DNA of 64,000 nt from Marsupella aquatica (Eukaryota; Plantae; Marchantiophyta): contig OZ316892.1 of assembly GCA_973895155.1 (NCBI GenBank), positions 4,362,510 to 4,426,509 of the forward strand, read 5' to 3'. A program made the translations under genes and the position numbers. Below the pieces are notes generated by a model. It had not been told where the DNA came from, ran no database searches, and saw only the letters and a program-made list of their open reading frames with translations. This document shows, one piece after another, positions 1-18,400 of the stretch (positions are counted from its first letter, which is position 1; every line of letters begins with the position of its first letter).

Positions 1-34
1 AAGCAAATGAGTTACCACAAAGTCATGCCTCTCT

Positions 35-102
35 GGGCAAAGGGGATGTTATTTTATAGCATCTAAGTGGGCAAAGGGGATGTTATTTTATAGCATCTAA
101 GT
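35..102. repeat. ~34-bp tandem duplication
   Basis: gggcaaaggggatgttattt(t)atagcatctaagt occurs twice back to back, with single-base homopolymer differences. Confidence 0.85.
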
Positions 103-856
103 CAAATTAATCTAACTATACACGATACCATTCAGGCCAAGTATCCATGACCATTGGCAGAGGTTTCTTTTTTTCTCTCTACTAGATCACTAAAGCTTTC
201 CCATTTAAACTTTCTTTTTTGGTCACATCTGGTATTATTATTAATTAACGGGTACTAACGTGTCTGTCCCGAATCGGACCTCGACGAATTTCCCCCTTAT
301 TTTGAACCGAAGGCGATTATTAACTGCCGTAGATGCAACGGATCGGCGGCAGGGGATAAAATAACAATTATTTATACAGAAAGTGCAATCGTGCCACGAC
401 AAGACAGCCCGAGCCCGGTTGTTTATGTTTGTTTTCAGTTGGCCTTCGGCAGAGAGAGAGTGAGAGACAGGACACGGAGCTCGGAAACCAACACAACGGA
501 CTCACGCACGCAGAGCATTCAATCGTCCATCCACGCGAACGAAGAGCTCTCAATCTGCCATCCATTCATACCGCGGTACCTGGCAGAAAGCAGCAACACG
601 TCCACAAGGCGAGAGAGAGCGACTGAGAGATCAGAGATGGAAATGGCACTAGAAACGAGCTGGAAATGAGTAGTAGTGGTCGGTGACTCTTTGGAATGGG
701 AAAGCAGACTGAGAGTACTTGAGCTCAACGACTTTGTCTAGACGTGACGAGCGTCATGGAATGTGAAGAGGAATCGCCACAAGTGACTTTCGCCCGAGAA
801 GGACAGACGATTGGGAACGGGCAACACAGAGTGGAACGTGACGGAGAAGGATTTTG

Positions 857-859
<3 letters not shown>

Positions 860-898
<39 letters not shown>
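860..898 (+). repeat. (GA)19 microsatellite in the probable 5' leader of the C2-GRAM gene
   Basis: Perfect GA dinucleotide run; further GA-rich tracts at ~450-480 and ~610-635. Confidence 0.95.
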
Positions 899-903
<5 letters not shown>

Positions 904-2533
904 GGATTCGGTTTGCTTAAGGCGACGAGCTGGTTGTTGTTGTTGTAGATACTGTGGGCGGAAAACTCGGGTGTCGGTGATTTCGGAGGCGGACGGGAGT
1001 GGGAGGAGTTGTTTATTAAATAATTGTCGTGAGCCTTTCGGCTTTGTCTGAGGAGAAGTGGTTGGAAGTGCTATCGACAAGAGTAGTTGAGCACTGATTT
1101 TGGAAGGACTCGCGCTCCGGACAAGTGTTGATGTGCTTAATTAATAGTAAGGACGAATGCAGCTGGAGTGCTTGACGGTTCCGCGATGTACCCTTGTGGC
1201 TGAGGAAATTTGGAGAAGTACAGTATAGTACGGGACTGCACTGCTCTTCTGTAGATGTTCTTTACGAAGGCAGTCGGAGCATTCCACTCTTTGACTAGAG
1301 GTTGTTCCCTTGAACGAATTGTCTCGGATTCTGTCCGAATGTTCTCTTGTTCGGGAATATTGCGGATTTTTCTATGAACTGACACACTTCGGCCAAATAG
1401 GCGAAGCAGTTTAGGTTGAAGCTGCCAGGAATAGAAGAGAGGAGAGGAGGGGAGAGGACAGCAGTTTGTGAAGTGAGTCTGTGCTGCAGCTCGTTCTTCT
1501 CCCCGTCGCTGCGCTGCAAGTGATCAGCCGGCTGCCTTTGTCGCTCTTTTCCAGGATGTGACTGATTGCAATTCTACGACGAAATTTTTGATCACATATG
1601 TCCGAGATCGTCAACTCGACTTAACGACTCGATTTACTTTGCTGGATACTGGTCACCGGCCCAAGCGCAGGGAAGGAGATGAGATGAGCTCTTTGGGACT
1701 ATGCTCCCCGAGTTTAGTAGCGTATGCTCTAGGTTTCCCGGCGTCGGAGGCCGGAGCCTTCGACTTCCTTGACGACTCCAGCGATCCTACAGGAGTTAAT
1801 GATCACGCTTGCCACACACATCCATTTTATCTAAGACTATCCGTGGGGAGTTCCTTTAAGGACTAAGATTATCATCGTCTTTTACGAATGGTGCTTTTGA
1901 AAGACTTTTGGTGGCCAATTTACAACCTCATATATTTTAAGGATGCGGCTTAGAGTGCCTTGAGATTCCTGTGAATTATTTATTCATTTACGTAGTATTT
2001 ATAATTTTTCTATATTCGCCGAAAGACGAAAAGCTTCGGAAGCACGCTAGAGCATTTTATATTCTGCCTGAGAAGATCGAGCGACTTTCTTTCGTCGCAT
2101 TTGTCCTCTCCTGTAGCTGGCAGTCCGTTTGACCCCTTCAAGCTCTGAGACAGTTGTGATCAGCGTATGACGTTCCCCGTTGAGACTGATTTTTGTGGAA
2201 GAAGGTGAATTGTGGTCTGCTCATCAAATTCAAGAGCTCGCATGCGTAGTGCGGGTGAGCTTTCAAAGATTTACGTTCTTCTTGTACTGGTGGGCTTCCA
2301 AAGGCGTCAGGTTGAGTTTGGGAGGAGCTGAGGAAGATTGCTCGGTATTCCTGAATTGGGCAGTCCGGCAAGTCACTTGTGAACAACCGAAAGGTGTGTG
2401 CGGCAATCGGGCCATTGTTAGAGGAACAGATTGTACGATGCCGGAATTGAGTAACAAATTTGCCGGTAGTTTCGATGGAGATTGGCTACTCGTAGTGCGA
2501 CAATTATGGTACAGTTGTACGCGCTCCAGCAGG

Positions 2534-7988
<5,455 letters not shown>

Positions 7989-9483
7989 ATGCGCGAGGTT
8001 TTAATTAGGAAGGAGGCTCGGATATGGTGGAGAAAGATGATCTTCTGATCCGCGAAGTACGGATCACTAACATCAATTCAAATCTACTTTTAAAATCCCG
8101 CTTCGTTGCACCTATCTTTTGTGGCATTGAGCTGCACTCTTGGAACCGGATGATTTGAGGAGAGGCTGATCCTTTGAAGCATAGTTATTTCTGAAAGTCG
8201 GTTGACGATACGTGTGATTACGCAATGGAAGGGTTTTAACAGGAAAAGGCGAAGGTGACTACCTTCAGAGGAGCTCGGGCACATGTGGTGTCCTGACAAG
8301 GAGAACGGAATTACTGTTGCACGAATAAGAAAAGATGCTATTAGTAGAAGAATTTGGAGCCATCCTGATGTTGAGGTGGCATGCGGTTGTATAGAAATAC
8401 TCCATCCAAGCTGGCAAAGCCAACATTCTGAATGGTTTGCAATACTGTGGAGCATTGAAGTGCGCAAGAGGTGGCTTTTTCTGCACGGTTTGACATTTAT
8501 TTATTGAAGCTGAAGAGGGAATTTCAGGGAAGCGTTACAGGTTGGGTATGAAGGCTCGAGCAGCTCACAAGTCTCAACTCGGTATAATGGTTGGCCTTCG
8601 AGAAGGATCTCAAACCCAGAACGCGGCCCAGAGTGTTGGAAAATTCCTTTCAGATGCCCTGTTTCAAAGTAAATAGGCATTTTGCGACTTGTAAAGTAAC
8701 ATCGTATCTGGGTGCAACTGCTGGTCTTGCTTATGCTCACTTATTTTAAAGCAGTTGTGCACCAACCTGGAGTGGAATCAAATAAGCGTTTGGAGTGTGT
8801 TCGTTCGTTCAGGTATGGACTTTGGTACTCTTTGTTACAATTACTGACATGTAGAGATAGGAATAGGAAACACGCCGGTGGGTTGAAATGCCGACTCCTT
8901 TCTGGCCTGTTCAAGCAACCAGCTTGTCACCGTCAACTCTGTAAACTACGATTAATAACCAGAGCTTATGACATGTGCATTGTAGTCATTATATTCTTTC
9001 AGTACCCTTCAGAAGGAAGGAGGGTTTAAATCAAGAACTGTTTAAAAGAATTGACCTTTCACTTGGGAACGTGGAATGAATGTCTCTGGGGCTTTAAATC
9101 GAACTTCAGTTTCTCCTTGACACTTCATATACTCCCTACTCGAATTTGATTTCTACACAATCATTAGAGGTGAGTGGCTTTTACAGGCAACCTCGTGGTC
9201 CAGATGAACTCAGGTTCACATGACGATGTGGGATCCGCATTTGGGCGTTCAAGACTCCGAGGTTTTATTCATTGCATCACCACATAGCTTGAAGTAATGA
9301 GTCATAGTGGAAATGGATGTGACAGTTTCAAAAGTTCAAGTTTTAAAAAATACTAGGAAAAATAGCTTGTCTAGAGAATCAGAACAAAATTTATTTATAA
9401 AAAAACACAGAACTGAGTATGAAATATGTACCAAGGGTACGATTTTTACCAAATATGATCCAGATGTACCCACATCATCAAAA

Positions 9484-9842
9484 TCAGTGCACTCATTGGT
9501 TTAAGTAAACCAATAGTATCCAATCCAAGCTGTAAACTAAGATGGCATTCATTAACAACCAGGAACTCTTCTCAATGAAACAAAGTCCCGAGAGAGTAAA
9601 TCAACTCATTGGTTCAAGTAAACCAATATTAAATCCTACCGGTAAAGTAAGAGGGCATTCACTAGGAGCACTCATGTGCATGAAAGTCCCAGACATTAAT
9701 TCAAACTGATTGGTTCAAGGAAACCAAAACTCAATCCAATCTGTAAAGTGATAGGACATGAAAGTCCTAGAGATTAATTCAAACTGATTGGTTCAAGGAA
9801 ACTAAAACTCAATCCAATCTGTAAAGTAATAGGGCATTCAGT
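9484..9842. repeat. Degenerate tandem repeat, ~4 units of 80-110 bp
   Basis: Recurrent tcaa(a)ct(c/g)attggttcaag(g/t)aaaccaa...caatccaatctgtaaagt..tagggcattca...aaagtcc at ~9490, ~9600, ~9700 and ~9780. Confidence 0.75.
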
Positions 9843-12800
9843 GACCAAAAGCAACTCGCCTCATGTGCAAGAAAGTTCACAGAAATAGGCAGCAATGAAA
9901 AGAAACTCTAGTATGGGAGTTATCAACAAATAGGAATACTTCTCAAGTGCAGAAAAGTACATTACAGATATATGGAATTTTGTAAGGAAGAGGATTGAAT
10001 GGATTCATGCTTGGCTAGTTTCAGCAATGGACCAGTACTTGGCTTACTTTAGTAGGTGATTAGTATCTTAATTCTCCAACTCCCTTGTTGTCCCTCTCCC
10101 CTCTTACCCCTCATTTAATTTCATTTCCGGTTGTCTTGAACCTTCTTGTCCCATTTTGAAGGCGAATTTTAGATTGTGTACATGGTATGTTTGGCCAAGA
10201 GACACAATCATGATGATGGCTTACTAGGTGCAAAGGATAATGAGAAGGGTTATTTGTTTTATTACTTTTCTATTGACCATCCTTTCTTGGGAGAGGAGGG
10301 GGGGGGGGGGGGGGGGGAGGGAGTGGAAAGTATTCAACTACATTTTTAAATGGGATAGTGATTTTGGTGTGTTTTCTGAATTTGATAACATGAAATTTAC
10401 ACTGCATTGTGGGCCATAACACCCTGAGACATGAGGGCTTTGAGTTTAAGTATTGAGGGGCCATTATCACCCATAATGCCCGGCGTCAATACACTTAAAG
10501 GCCTGTCGTATTTCTATAGTACTATTTTCAGAAAAGAGGAGAAGTTAAAAAATCCCCCGGGCATCTTCTCCATCACAACACCTGAAATTACAAAGATAAA
10601 AATCATGAAAGGCATAAGTGTAAAATGGTAAATGATGCTAGTGTGATTCTTTCTCTCTTATATATTAATTTGTTTTTCTCTTCCTCTGTGGTGGGCCGGG
10701 CTGGTCCACATGTTTTAACAGGTGGAATTAAAAAGTACAAGAGAGGAGGGTCTTTAAATGTGTCATACAAAATATTATTAGAATTCCTTTCGCTTCTTTT
10801 CCTTTTTCTGCAGAGAAGGGGGCTGATAGTGGTTGCAAGAGTGGTTGACAGTGGCTTCTACTGGGGTGGATTTTTGGTATCTTTATAAGGAGTAAATATA
10901 GGTGGAAAGGGGTTTTGTTATTTTGAGGCACTTCGTGTTTTTTTGGGGGTGAGGAGGGGTTTTGCAATTAGGGAAGAGGTTAAGGGCTGCTGGCTCATAT
11001 CTCAATAAACCCACTAAAAGCAGAAATTTCAAGAAGAAGCTTTGTGGAGGGATGGGAATGTAGGAGTTACTTAAGTACGAGGAGGGGCCAGGAGCAGGAT
11101 TTTTGCATCATTGCTTAAGTTAATAGTTACATGATGGAATTAACTAGACATAGAACTTAGCATGTCTAGCTGCTAGAATAAAACGTTGAGCTTGGAACTA
11201 AATTTAACACAATTAGGCTCATCAGTTTAGTCAGTCAGTGGCTCAGTGGACAAAGAGGTTGACCATGGGGTCTGGCCAAGTGGATTACATGGGTTTTTAT
11301 TAAGCTTCCACTATTGAGAAATGTCAAGTTGTGTGCACCACACCAAATAATCATTTATCTAGTTGTGGAATACAATCTTATTTGGAAACATTATAGAGAA
11401 ACCCCCTATTGCAGTGCAAATTGAAGGATTATAACACATTGGGCAGATCTGAAACGTGGTTTTTGTTCACACACTAGCCTAACCATCTTGCAAACGCTTC
11501 TTAGATGTGTACTTTCTGTTCAGCCATTTGTGAACAACTCACTCACTGACTTGGTTATTAATCGTACTGGCTCCATGCTTGACTTCAATAGTGGACCCAT
11601 GGTCGGCTAACTCTAGCAGTGAGTGACCCATCCACTGAACTTCAGCATGGGTCCATCGTTGGCTGAATTTAGAATGGGTCCATGCCCCTCCTGAAGATCG
11701 AAGAGGTCCTTACTAAGTTGATTCATGATTGACTTCTCATTGAGGCCACCACCTCAGTACGCATACTATTGTGCCTATCCTGAGGGCATGAGTTAGGAGC
11801 TACTTAACATATGAGCTAAAGTCATCTCCTTCTTCACACTCATCACAGTCAAACATGACTAGTCTCCTGGTCAGGTATGCTAAGTTGCGTTTGGAATATG
11901 AAGAGGGACCCTACACACACAACGTAAATTAAAATGTTAATGTATTTTGAATTTAATATAATATGAATAATTATAGGCTGGGGGATATCACTCAATGTAT
12001 GCATCCTCATTAGGGTTTGACACTTATTAAGTCTTCCGTGACCTGAGATCTCCAATCTACATACCTTTTTGTGGTTTGGGAGGGGGGTGCGTTACTGAAA
12101 TCTTCCAACCCATCCCGTACAAATGAGAATACGATTTGAAAATTCATTTCAAAAAAAATTTAGAATTCATGTGTAAGAACATCATGGTGCTAAAAATGTA
12201 ATTTTTAAAACTTATAAAGAAAGATAGGGTTTTTAGAACCATTTTTGGGAATATTCCACATTTGTAGGGGTAAATATTTTTCAGTGTAGTGATCCCAAGC
12301 TTTTATTTGTGTCCATCATTTCTATTATCTCTTTAGAAATAGAGTTATAGGGCTTGTTGTTCCTAGGTAATGACTCAGGTAATGATGGCCTGTTTCATTT
12401 GTTTTGGAACACAGCTCCAACTAATGTAAGTCACTACATAAAAAACAGTGTTTATTTTCTATATCCACACTCTGTCTTGAAGTCAAATGAAGTTTACATA
12501 CACTTACAACCAAATGGTTGGTATCTGTGCTAAGCATGATACTAGAAAGCACATCACAAACATGAAGTTAAAGCGTGGATGCACACAAAGGTTGGTCAAG
12601 GTGACTCGGATGGACTCATGCAACACAAGTGTACTGGAAAACTAAAGTCTGGAGATTTTTAGGGAATACATGTTTTCTTTAAGGATAGAGGCATGTCAGG
12701 ATAACATGTGGTATACTAAAATATGCAATAAGTTAACCCTGAGCACTTTAGATTAAGTTTGAAAGAGTAAAAAATGATAACATTCAATTCTCACTTTTGA

Positions 12801-13739
12801 CAAGTGTCTTTGCAACAATTTGATCAACGATCCACGATGGGTGACGACGGGGAAGAAAAAACATTTGTTTGCAGATGGTGTGCTTGAGTTGCAAAGAATG
12901 AAGCTGCACAGCGGGGAAGAATACTTGGCATTAGGCCCGGTGTCAGGGGGTTTTCTTTCTGGCGGATGGGTGGGGCCATGGCACCCATCCTTCTGCCTGT
13001 TTGGCCCCTTGGGTGTTGTCTTCCTTTACCTCAATTGGTTTGCACCTCTACTGTAGTGCCTCTAAATTCACTTGGAACTATCTCCTGTTCTCCCCCAAAG
13101 AAAACAGACAACCAACAATAATTGCCTTAGCAAGCATATAAAAAAAGGCTGGTGGCAATCCATCCCGTGAGGAACTCCCTAGAGCAGGTCTAGGTTACGT
13201 GAAGCCTCAACACGACATACCGGCCCTCACACATCCCCCAGAGGTCCGGGTTGCATGGAACCGCAACACGAACAAAACAAGTCCGCCCTCACGCATCCAC
13301 TAGAGTTGCGTCCCGTTCCTGGGACTTACTCGAAAGCACCCCTTCACCAGCGACCGGCCCCATCCCGTTTCCATTCCTCCCTACCCGCTATACCCCGTCA
13401 GTGGGCCCGGCCTTCCCCAGCCGATCCCCCAAGCGGTAGCATCCTTCAACAGCCCATTTCGCGAGCACTGAAACCGGCAACACGCGGTCACTCGACCTGC
13501 TGTACCCCGTCAACAGGCACAGGCACAGGCCCCACCCTCGAGCCGCGACTCCTTGCGTCGAAAACTCGCCCCCCTTTCCTGCTCCTTTCCTCCTTCATTC
13601 GACCCTGTCCCTAGTCCCTAGTCCCGAGTCCTTGGTCCCGCACCCCTTCCGATCGGCGTCGTTGTCTCGGTGTCCTTCGTCTACAGGCTCTACAGTACTA
13701 GTACTGTACTTCCGCTGCCCATCCTTCTGCTCTTGTTCT

Positions 13740-14770
13740 CTCGTCGATCCAGGCTCTCTCTCTCCCCCCTCTCTCTGTCTCTCGCTCGCGCTCACTATTA
13801 TTATTATTATTACGTCTACGATCCCAGACATTACAAACAACAGGGGAGGGAAAGGACACACTCACGCAGACGCACAGAGAGAATGAGCGAGGCTGCGAGC
13901 CAGACGGACAGACAGAGGACGCAATGCTCGGCGGGGCAGAAAAAGTTTGCGTTTGAGTTGAGTTGAGTTGCGTTGCTTTGTGTTGCCGTGCGGGGCGGTG
14001 CGGGGCGGTGCGATACCAGTAGTGGTAGTGTGGAGTGAGTTGCGTTTTGGTGTGTTTTGCTTTGCGTCGCGTTGCGTATTGTTGCGTATTGCTGCGTTTC
14101 GTGTTGTGTTGTGTTGTGTTGGTGAGTGGTGACGACCACGACGACGACGACGACTACGACGACAGGGAACGGAAGGGAAGCAAAGGGAAGGGAAGGGAAG
14201 GGCGGGGGAGAAGGGCAACTTGGATTGCGGAGGGTTTTGATTAAAGGCCGTCTCGCGCCTGTCGCGCCCGCGCGTGTGCGTGTCGTCTGGCGGGCAAGGA
14301 AGGCAAGGAAATCGGGAGGGCGGGCTTGGAAGCAATAAGAGGAGGAAATGAGGGAAAGGAGGGAGGGAGGAAGGATAATTGAAAGGTGGCAACCGGGGCG
14401 TCGGTGGGAGGAATGAAGTGGGAATGAGGAGAGAGGAGGTAGGCAGGGGGCATCGATTAATGAATGTGTGAGAAGGAGTGATGAAAACAGGGCAGGGGAG
14501 CGGAGAAAACGAACTACTGGAGGTGTTACTGGAGTGGAGAGGGAGGATGAAAGGAAGCTCGAGAGTAGGAGCAACTCCAGCAAGCTAGGAGGAGTGAGGA
14601 GGGATCCACCGAGCGCAGCAAGCACCCGGTATCTGCGGTTGAACGCTCGGACGGACGGACACTGACGGACGGACGGACAGACGGAGTTGCTGGTGCTTTA
14701 GGGACGGAGGACAGAGAGACTCTCGGACGCAGGCCACCAAGGAGGAGGGAGGGGAGGGGGAGTTTGGAGC
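13740..14770 (+). promoter_or_regulatory. SSR-rich promoter and long 5' leader of the ADA3-like gene
   Basis: Dense low-complexity repeats (CT/GA, TAT, TGTTG, GAC, GGAAG, GGAC) 0.7-1.7 kb upstream of the ATG at 15424. No credible coding signal. Confidence 0.6.
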
Positions 14771-15423
14771 GAGCAATCGATCGCTTGGAGTCTTGCATTG
14801 AAATTGCGGTGTGCAGGTTGAAGTCGTCGATTTTGCTCTGTAAGCAGGGCGGGGCAGTGCGGTGCAGCACAGCAGGTTGGTAGTTCAATTTGCCAGGACT
14901 TTGGTAGAGTGAAGGATTAGGAGGATTAGGGAAGATTGGATGGATCGGGAGGACAACGGCGAGTCTATAGTCAGAGCCAAAGCAGGGGCTGGGCGGGATT
15001 GAGACTCACGTGTACCAAGTAGGTTAGAGAAATGTACCATTTGCCCGGTTTACAGTGGTTTTGCCAGCAGCAGCGGTGACCCAAATTTAGCAAGTGTTTC
15101 TTGCCTGTGGGGGCGGGGCGGGGCACTTCAGGGGTGTAGCAGGAACAGAAGTACCAGTAGAGCAGTAGCAAGGAAATATGGAGGAGGAGGACTAGTAGTA
15201 GTTGCTTGTCTTGGCGAATGCAGGCACGGAGGCAATTGCTGTTGAGAAGGTTTGGAGAATGTGTGAAAGAGATGACGTTTTCGGAGCTTTTGAAGCGGAA
15301 ATGGCCGGGAACTGGAAGTGAAGATGGTATGATTTTTCTTCATGGTCATACGAGGGTTACAGCGTGGGGCAAGGTATGAGCTAGATAGGTTTCGGGCACC
15401 AAGGAGGTGCCTAGCCGAAAGGC

Positions 15424-18400
15424 ATGGCAAGTAACCCGAAGTTGGATTCCAGTTCTAGTAGCCCTGATGGTGTGCTCTACGGGTCACAGCGTAGCACCTA
15501 TTCCAATAACTCTAATTTAGAGAGGTCTGGCAACAATCGAGATGGCCATGATGGTGGCCGTTTGGGCCTAGGGGCTGGTGGCGGGGTGGGAGCTGCAAAT
15601 ACTCCTGGAGCAGGAGCAGGAGCAGGAGGAGGTGGTGGAACTGAACTCCCACCATTATCTCACGTGTTGTTGCTGGAGCCTCTTGCAGTTGGGGAGCAGA
15701 GAGCTGGCAGGCATTCGGAGCTGAAGAGGGCGATTAATGCCGCTGTTGGTTCCGTTCTCGTAGAAGATCCAAGTCTTGGAAGTGTGCAGTCGAAGCCTTT
15801 AGAAGCGTGTGGACCCGAGGAACTTAGGCGAATTAAGGCCAGTCTCCAGGATCACGTCGGGAAGGCAAGGTAAGCTTCAATGTGACGCGCTCCATATAGT
15901 AATTGGGCTGCAACGTAATTGAGTTCATCTCCTTCCCCTCAAATACACGTAATCCCTGCCTACATCGCGATGCAAGTGCTCTCGCCAATCGGCTTGAATT
16001 TCATTCCACTTAGGATTGCCATGACTATGCAATTGTACTTTTTGAATCTTTTCAGTAATAACAAATTAGGTTGCTGCCATTCAATCTGATCCGCATGAAC
16101 GGATTTGCCCACCAGGGAGAGGAAGAGACATTTAAGTGAAGCAATTACCAAGCTGGACAGGTTTCGGCACTCTCTTCAGTCTCGCAAGCGTTCCAGGCCT
16201 GAGTCAAGTGCATTGGGTCCAAGTGGATCCTCAGCTGAACGGTCTCTGTCCTCTTTGGGGGTCGGAGACCGAACAGTAGCCTCCGTGCATAATATGAAAA
16301 GTAACTCAAATGCTGCACTTCCACATAATGTTGCCACTGCCGAAGTTGCAATGCAGAAGGCGGTGGACAAGAACAAGAGAGTCGTTCCAAATAAGAGGGT
16401 TCGGACCTCCATGGCTGACACTCGGGTATGTTTTGTTCTCTTATTATGTATGCTTTAGATGATGTCCAGCCTGTCTCCTGGGGGATGTTTCGGACATCTC
16501 AGGTTGTCCTATTGCCTCGATTCCTCTTTTCTTCTTGTCCCGGCCATTATCACGAGACAAGGTGGCACACCTAGATTTGAGCGTTCCTGTTGTCCAAGGG
16601 TTTGTTCCCCCTTTATGCACCGTTCACAGTTGCTGTTGTAACCGTGTGCATACTTTAAATAAGCCGGTTTTGCTAGTGTGAAGTACCTACTCGGTTAAGT
16701 AGTACTGAAGCAAGACCAAGCGTTTAAAGTGAGTAAGAAGCTTGTGGAATTTAAGAATAACAATGTTATGAGGGAAGAACATGCTCATCAGCCATTCTGT
16801 TTCGGTTTTATGAAATAATTTTACGGTACGGGGCTTGGAGATGTATTCTTTGGTTGCTCTTTATGAGTTGGGCGGGTTGAGGGTATACCAGGCGTCTCAA
16901 AGGATTCCTGGGTTTCTGGGATGCACCCTCCTAGTTTATCATGCTAGTTCTCCAGTTTCTAGGGTTTACAGTTGAAATTATCATGCAAGGTTTTCTAGAT
17001 CGTCTATTTTCTGAAGTTTCTTTGTTTGCTTAAACTAGTTTAATTTTCAGAGATGAATATCCACGCTAGACATGTCTCTACTCGTGTGTCTCTTGTGGTA
17101 TATTTTTTTGAACTTTGTGCTATCCCTGCTTGGATTGTCACCTTTCAGCATTTCTTTTTCTTCGAAATTGTTGGTACCTCATCGTATGTTGCCGTTGTTT
17201 TGTTTTCTCTCTTAGTTATTCCTCCGGGCTTTTGAGATACCCTCGCGAAGTCGACCCCAATAGATAAGGCCCGTGTATGTCACAGACCGAAGTTCGGTAG
17301 ATCTCATCCGGACTAAACTTCATTGGTTACTTAAGTGATGAAAGAACTGGTTCCTTTTTGTCGTTCGCTGCTACTGCTCTATTGGAGAGCCTGTGAGACC
17401 AGATTATATTTGGAACTTTCCCTCTATAGCAAGTGTTTACTTCAACCTTTATGACTGCTCTAATGCATTCTCATTCAAAGATGGGATTCCGGTTCACCTC
17501 CACCAGCGTCTTTGGATTTGGGGATGTGGCCTGTCCATCAGTACCTCTAAGTACATAACAGGAAATTGAAGTACTAGTAATTTCTGTAGCTAGATACTGT
17601 TTATCTGTTGCAATCTTGCTTATTCAGTTTTCTCGACTGATATCTTTGCAGCCTGATGGGCGCCCTACCAATCTGAATCTTCAAAGGCCTTCTGTCTCCT
17701 CTGATAGAGATAGAGATGTTACAAGGGTAACCCCGAGTAACTCCCTCCCATCACCAGCAGAAGAGAAAGAACGGGTGGTTGTTGTTCCACCAAGTGAAGG
17801 AAGGGAGAAGACAAAGATGAAGGGAAGGCGTTCAGGATCAACAACGAAGCCCGATCCAGCAGTGGTAGCTGTACCTAATGGCACATCGGAAGGAAGTGAT
17901 CGTGAGCATAAGTGGAGCGGTCAGCAGCATCGAATGAATGCTGACAACCGGTCAAGGCCTAGTGAGGGTCATGGTTTCAGGTATGCACATGTCACAAAAT
18001 GGTACATGTAGACGTGCAAATAAGGTGATTAATTGCTCTTGTATCATCATCTAGTTTTTATTATTCATTTTTCTTTGCACCATCCTTTCCCTTAATCGAT
18101 GTTGGGAGCACCTTTACCTGGGGCCAAGTTTATTATGCTGCAGTACATGTATGTTGTGTTTGGCTTGCATAATGTGAATTGTACATTTTAAACACCTTGG
18201 TTTGCTAGAGGAAGCTCCTCTCTAGATGATTCTCAGGAGGACTAGTAGATTTAGCGTCACAAACTATGAGGACATCGTGGGGTCGTGGAGGGAATAATTC
18301 GAGTGGTTTAAAATGTTATATATTTTCTGCATGTTTTGAAAGACAGAGAAAACGAAGACAGGAGGGCAATAATAATGAAAGCAAACCTGAGTCGTCTCTA

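Noticed and set aside
10297-10320. Poly-G runs (also ~2852 and ~56257) as G-quadruplex elements
   Set aside because: They are isolated homopolymers of uncertain assembled length with no supporting context.
13595-14888. Many overlapping ORFs up to 264 aa
   Set aside because: They are translations of microsatellite and low-complexity leader sequence with no domain signal.
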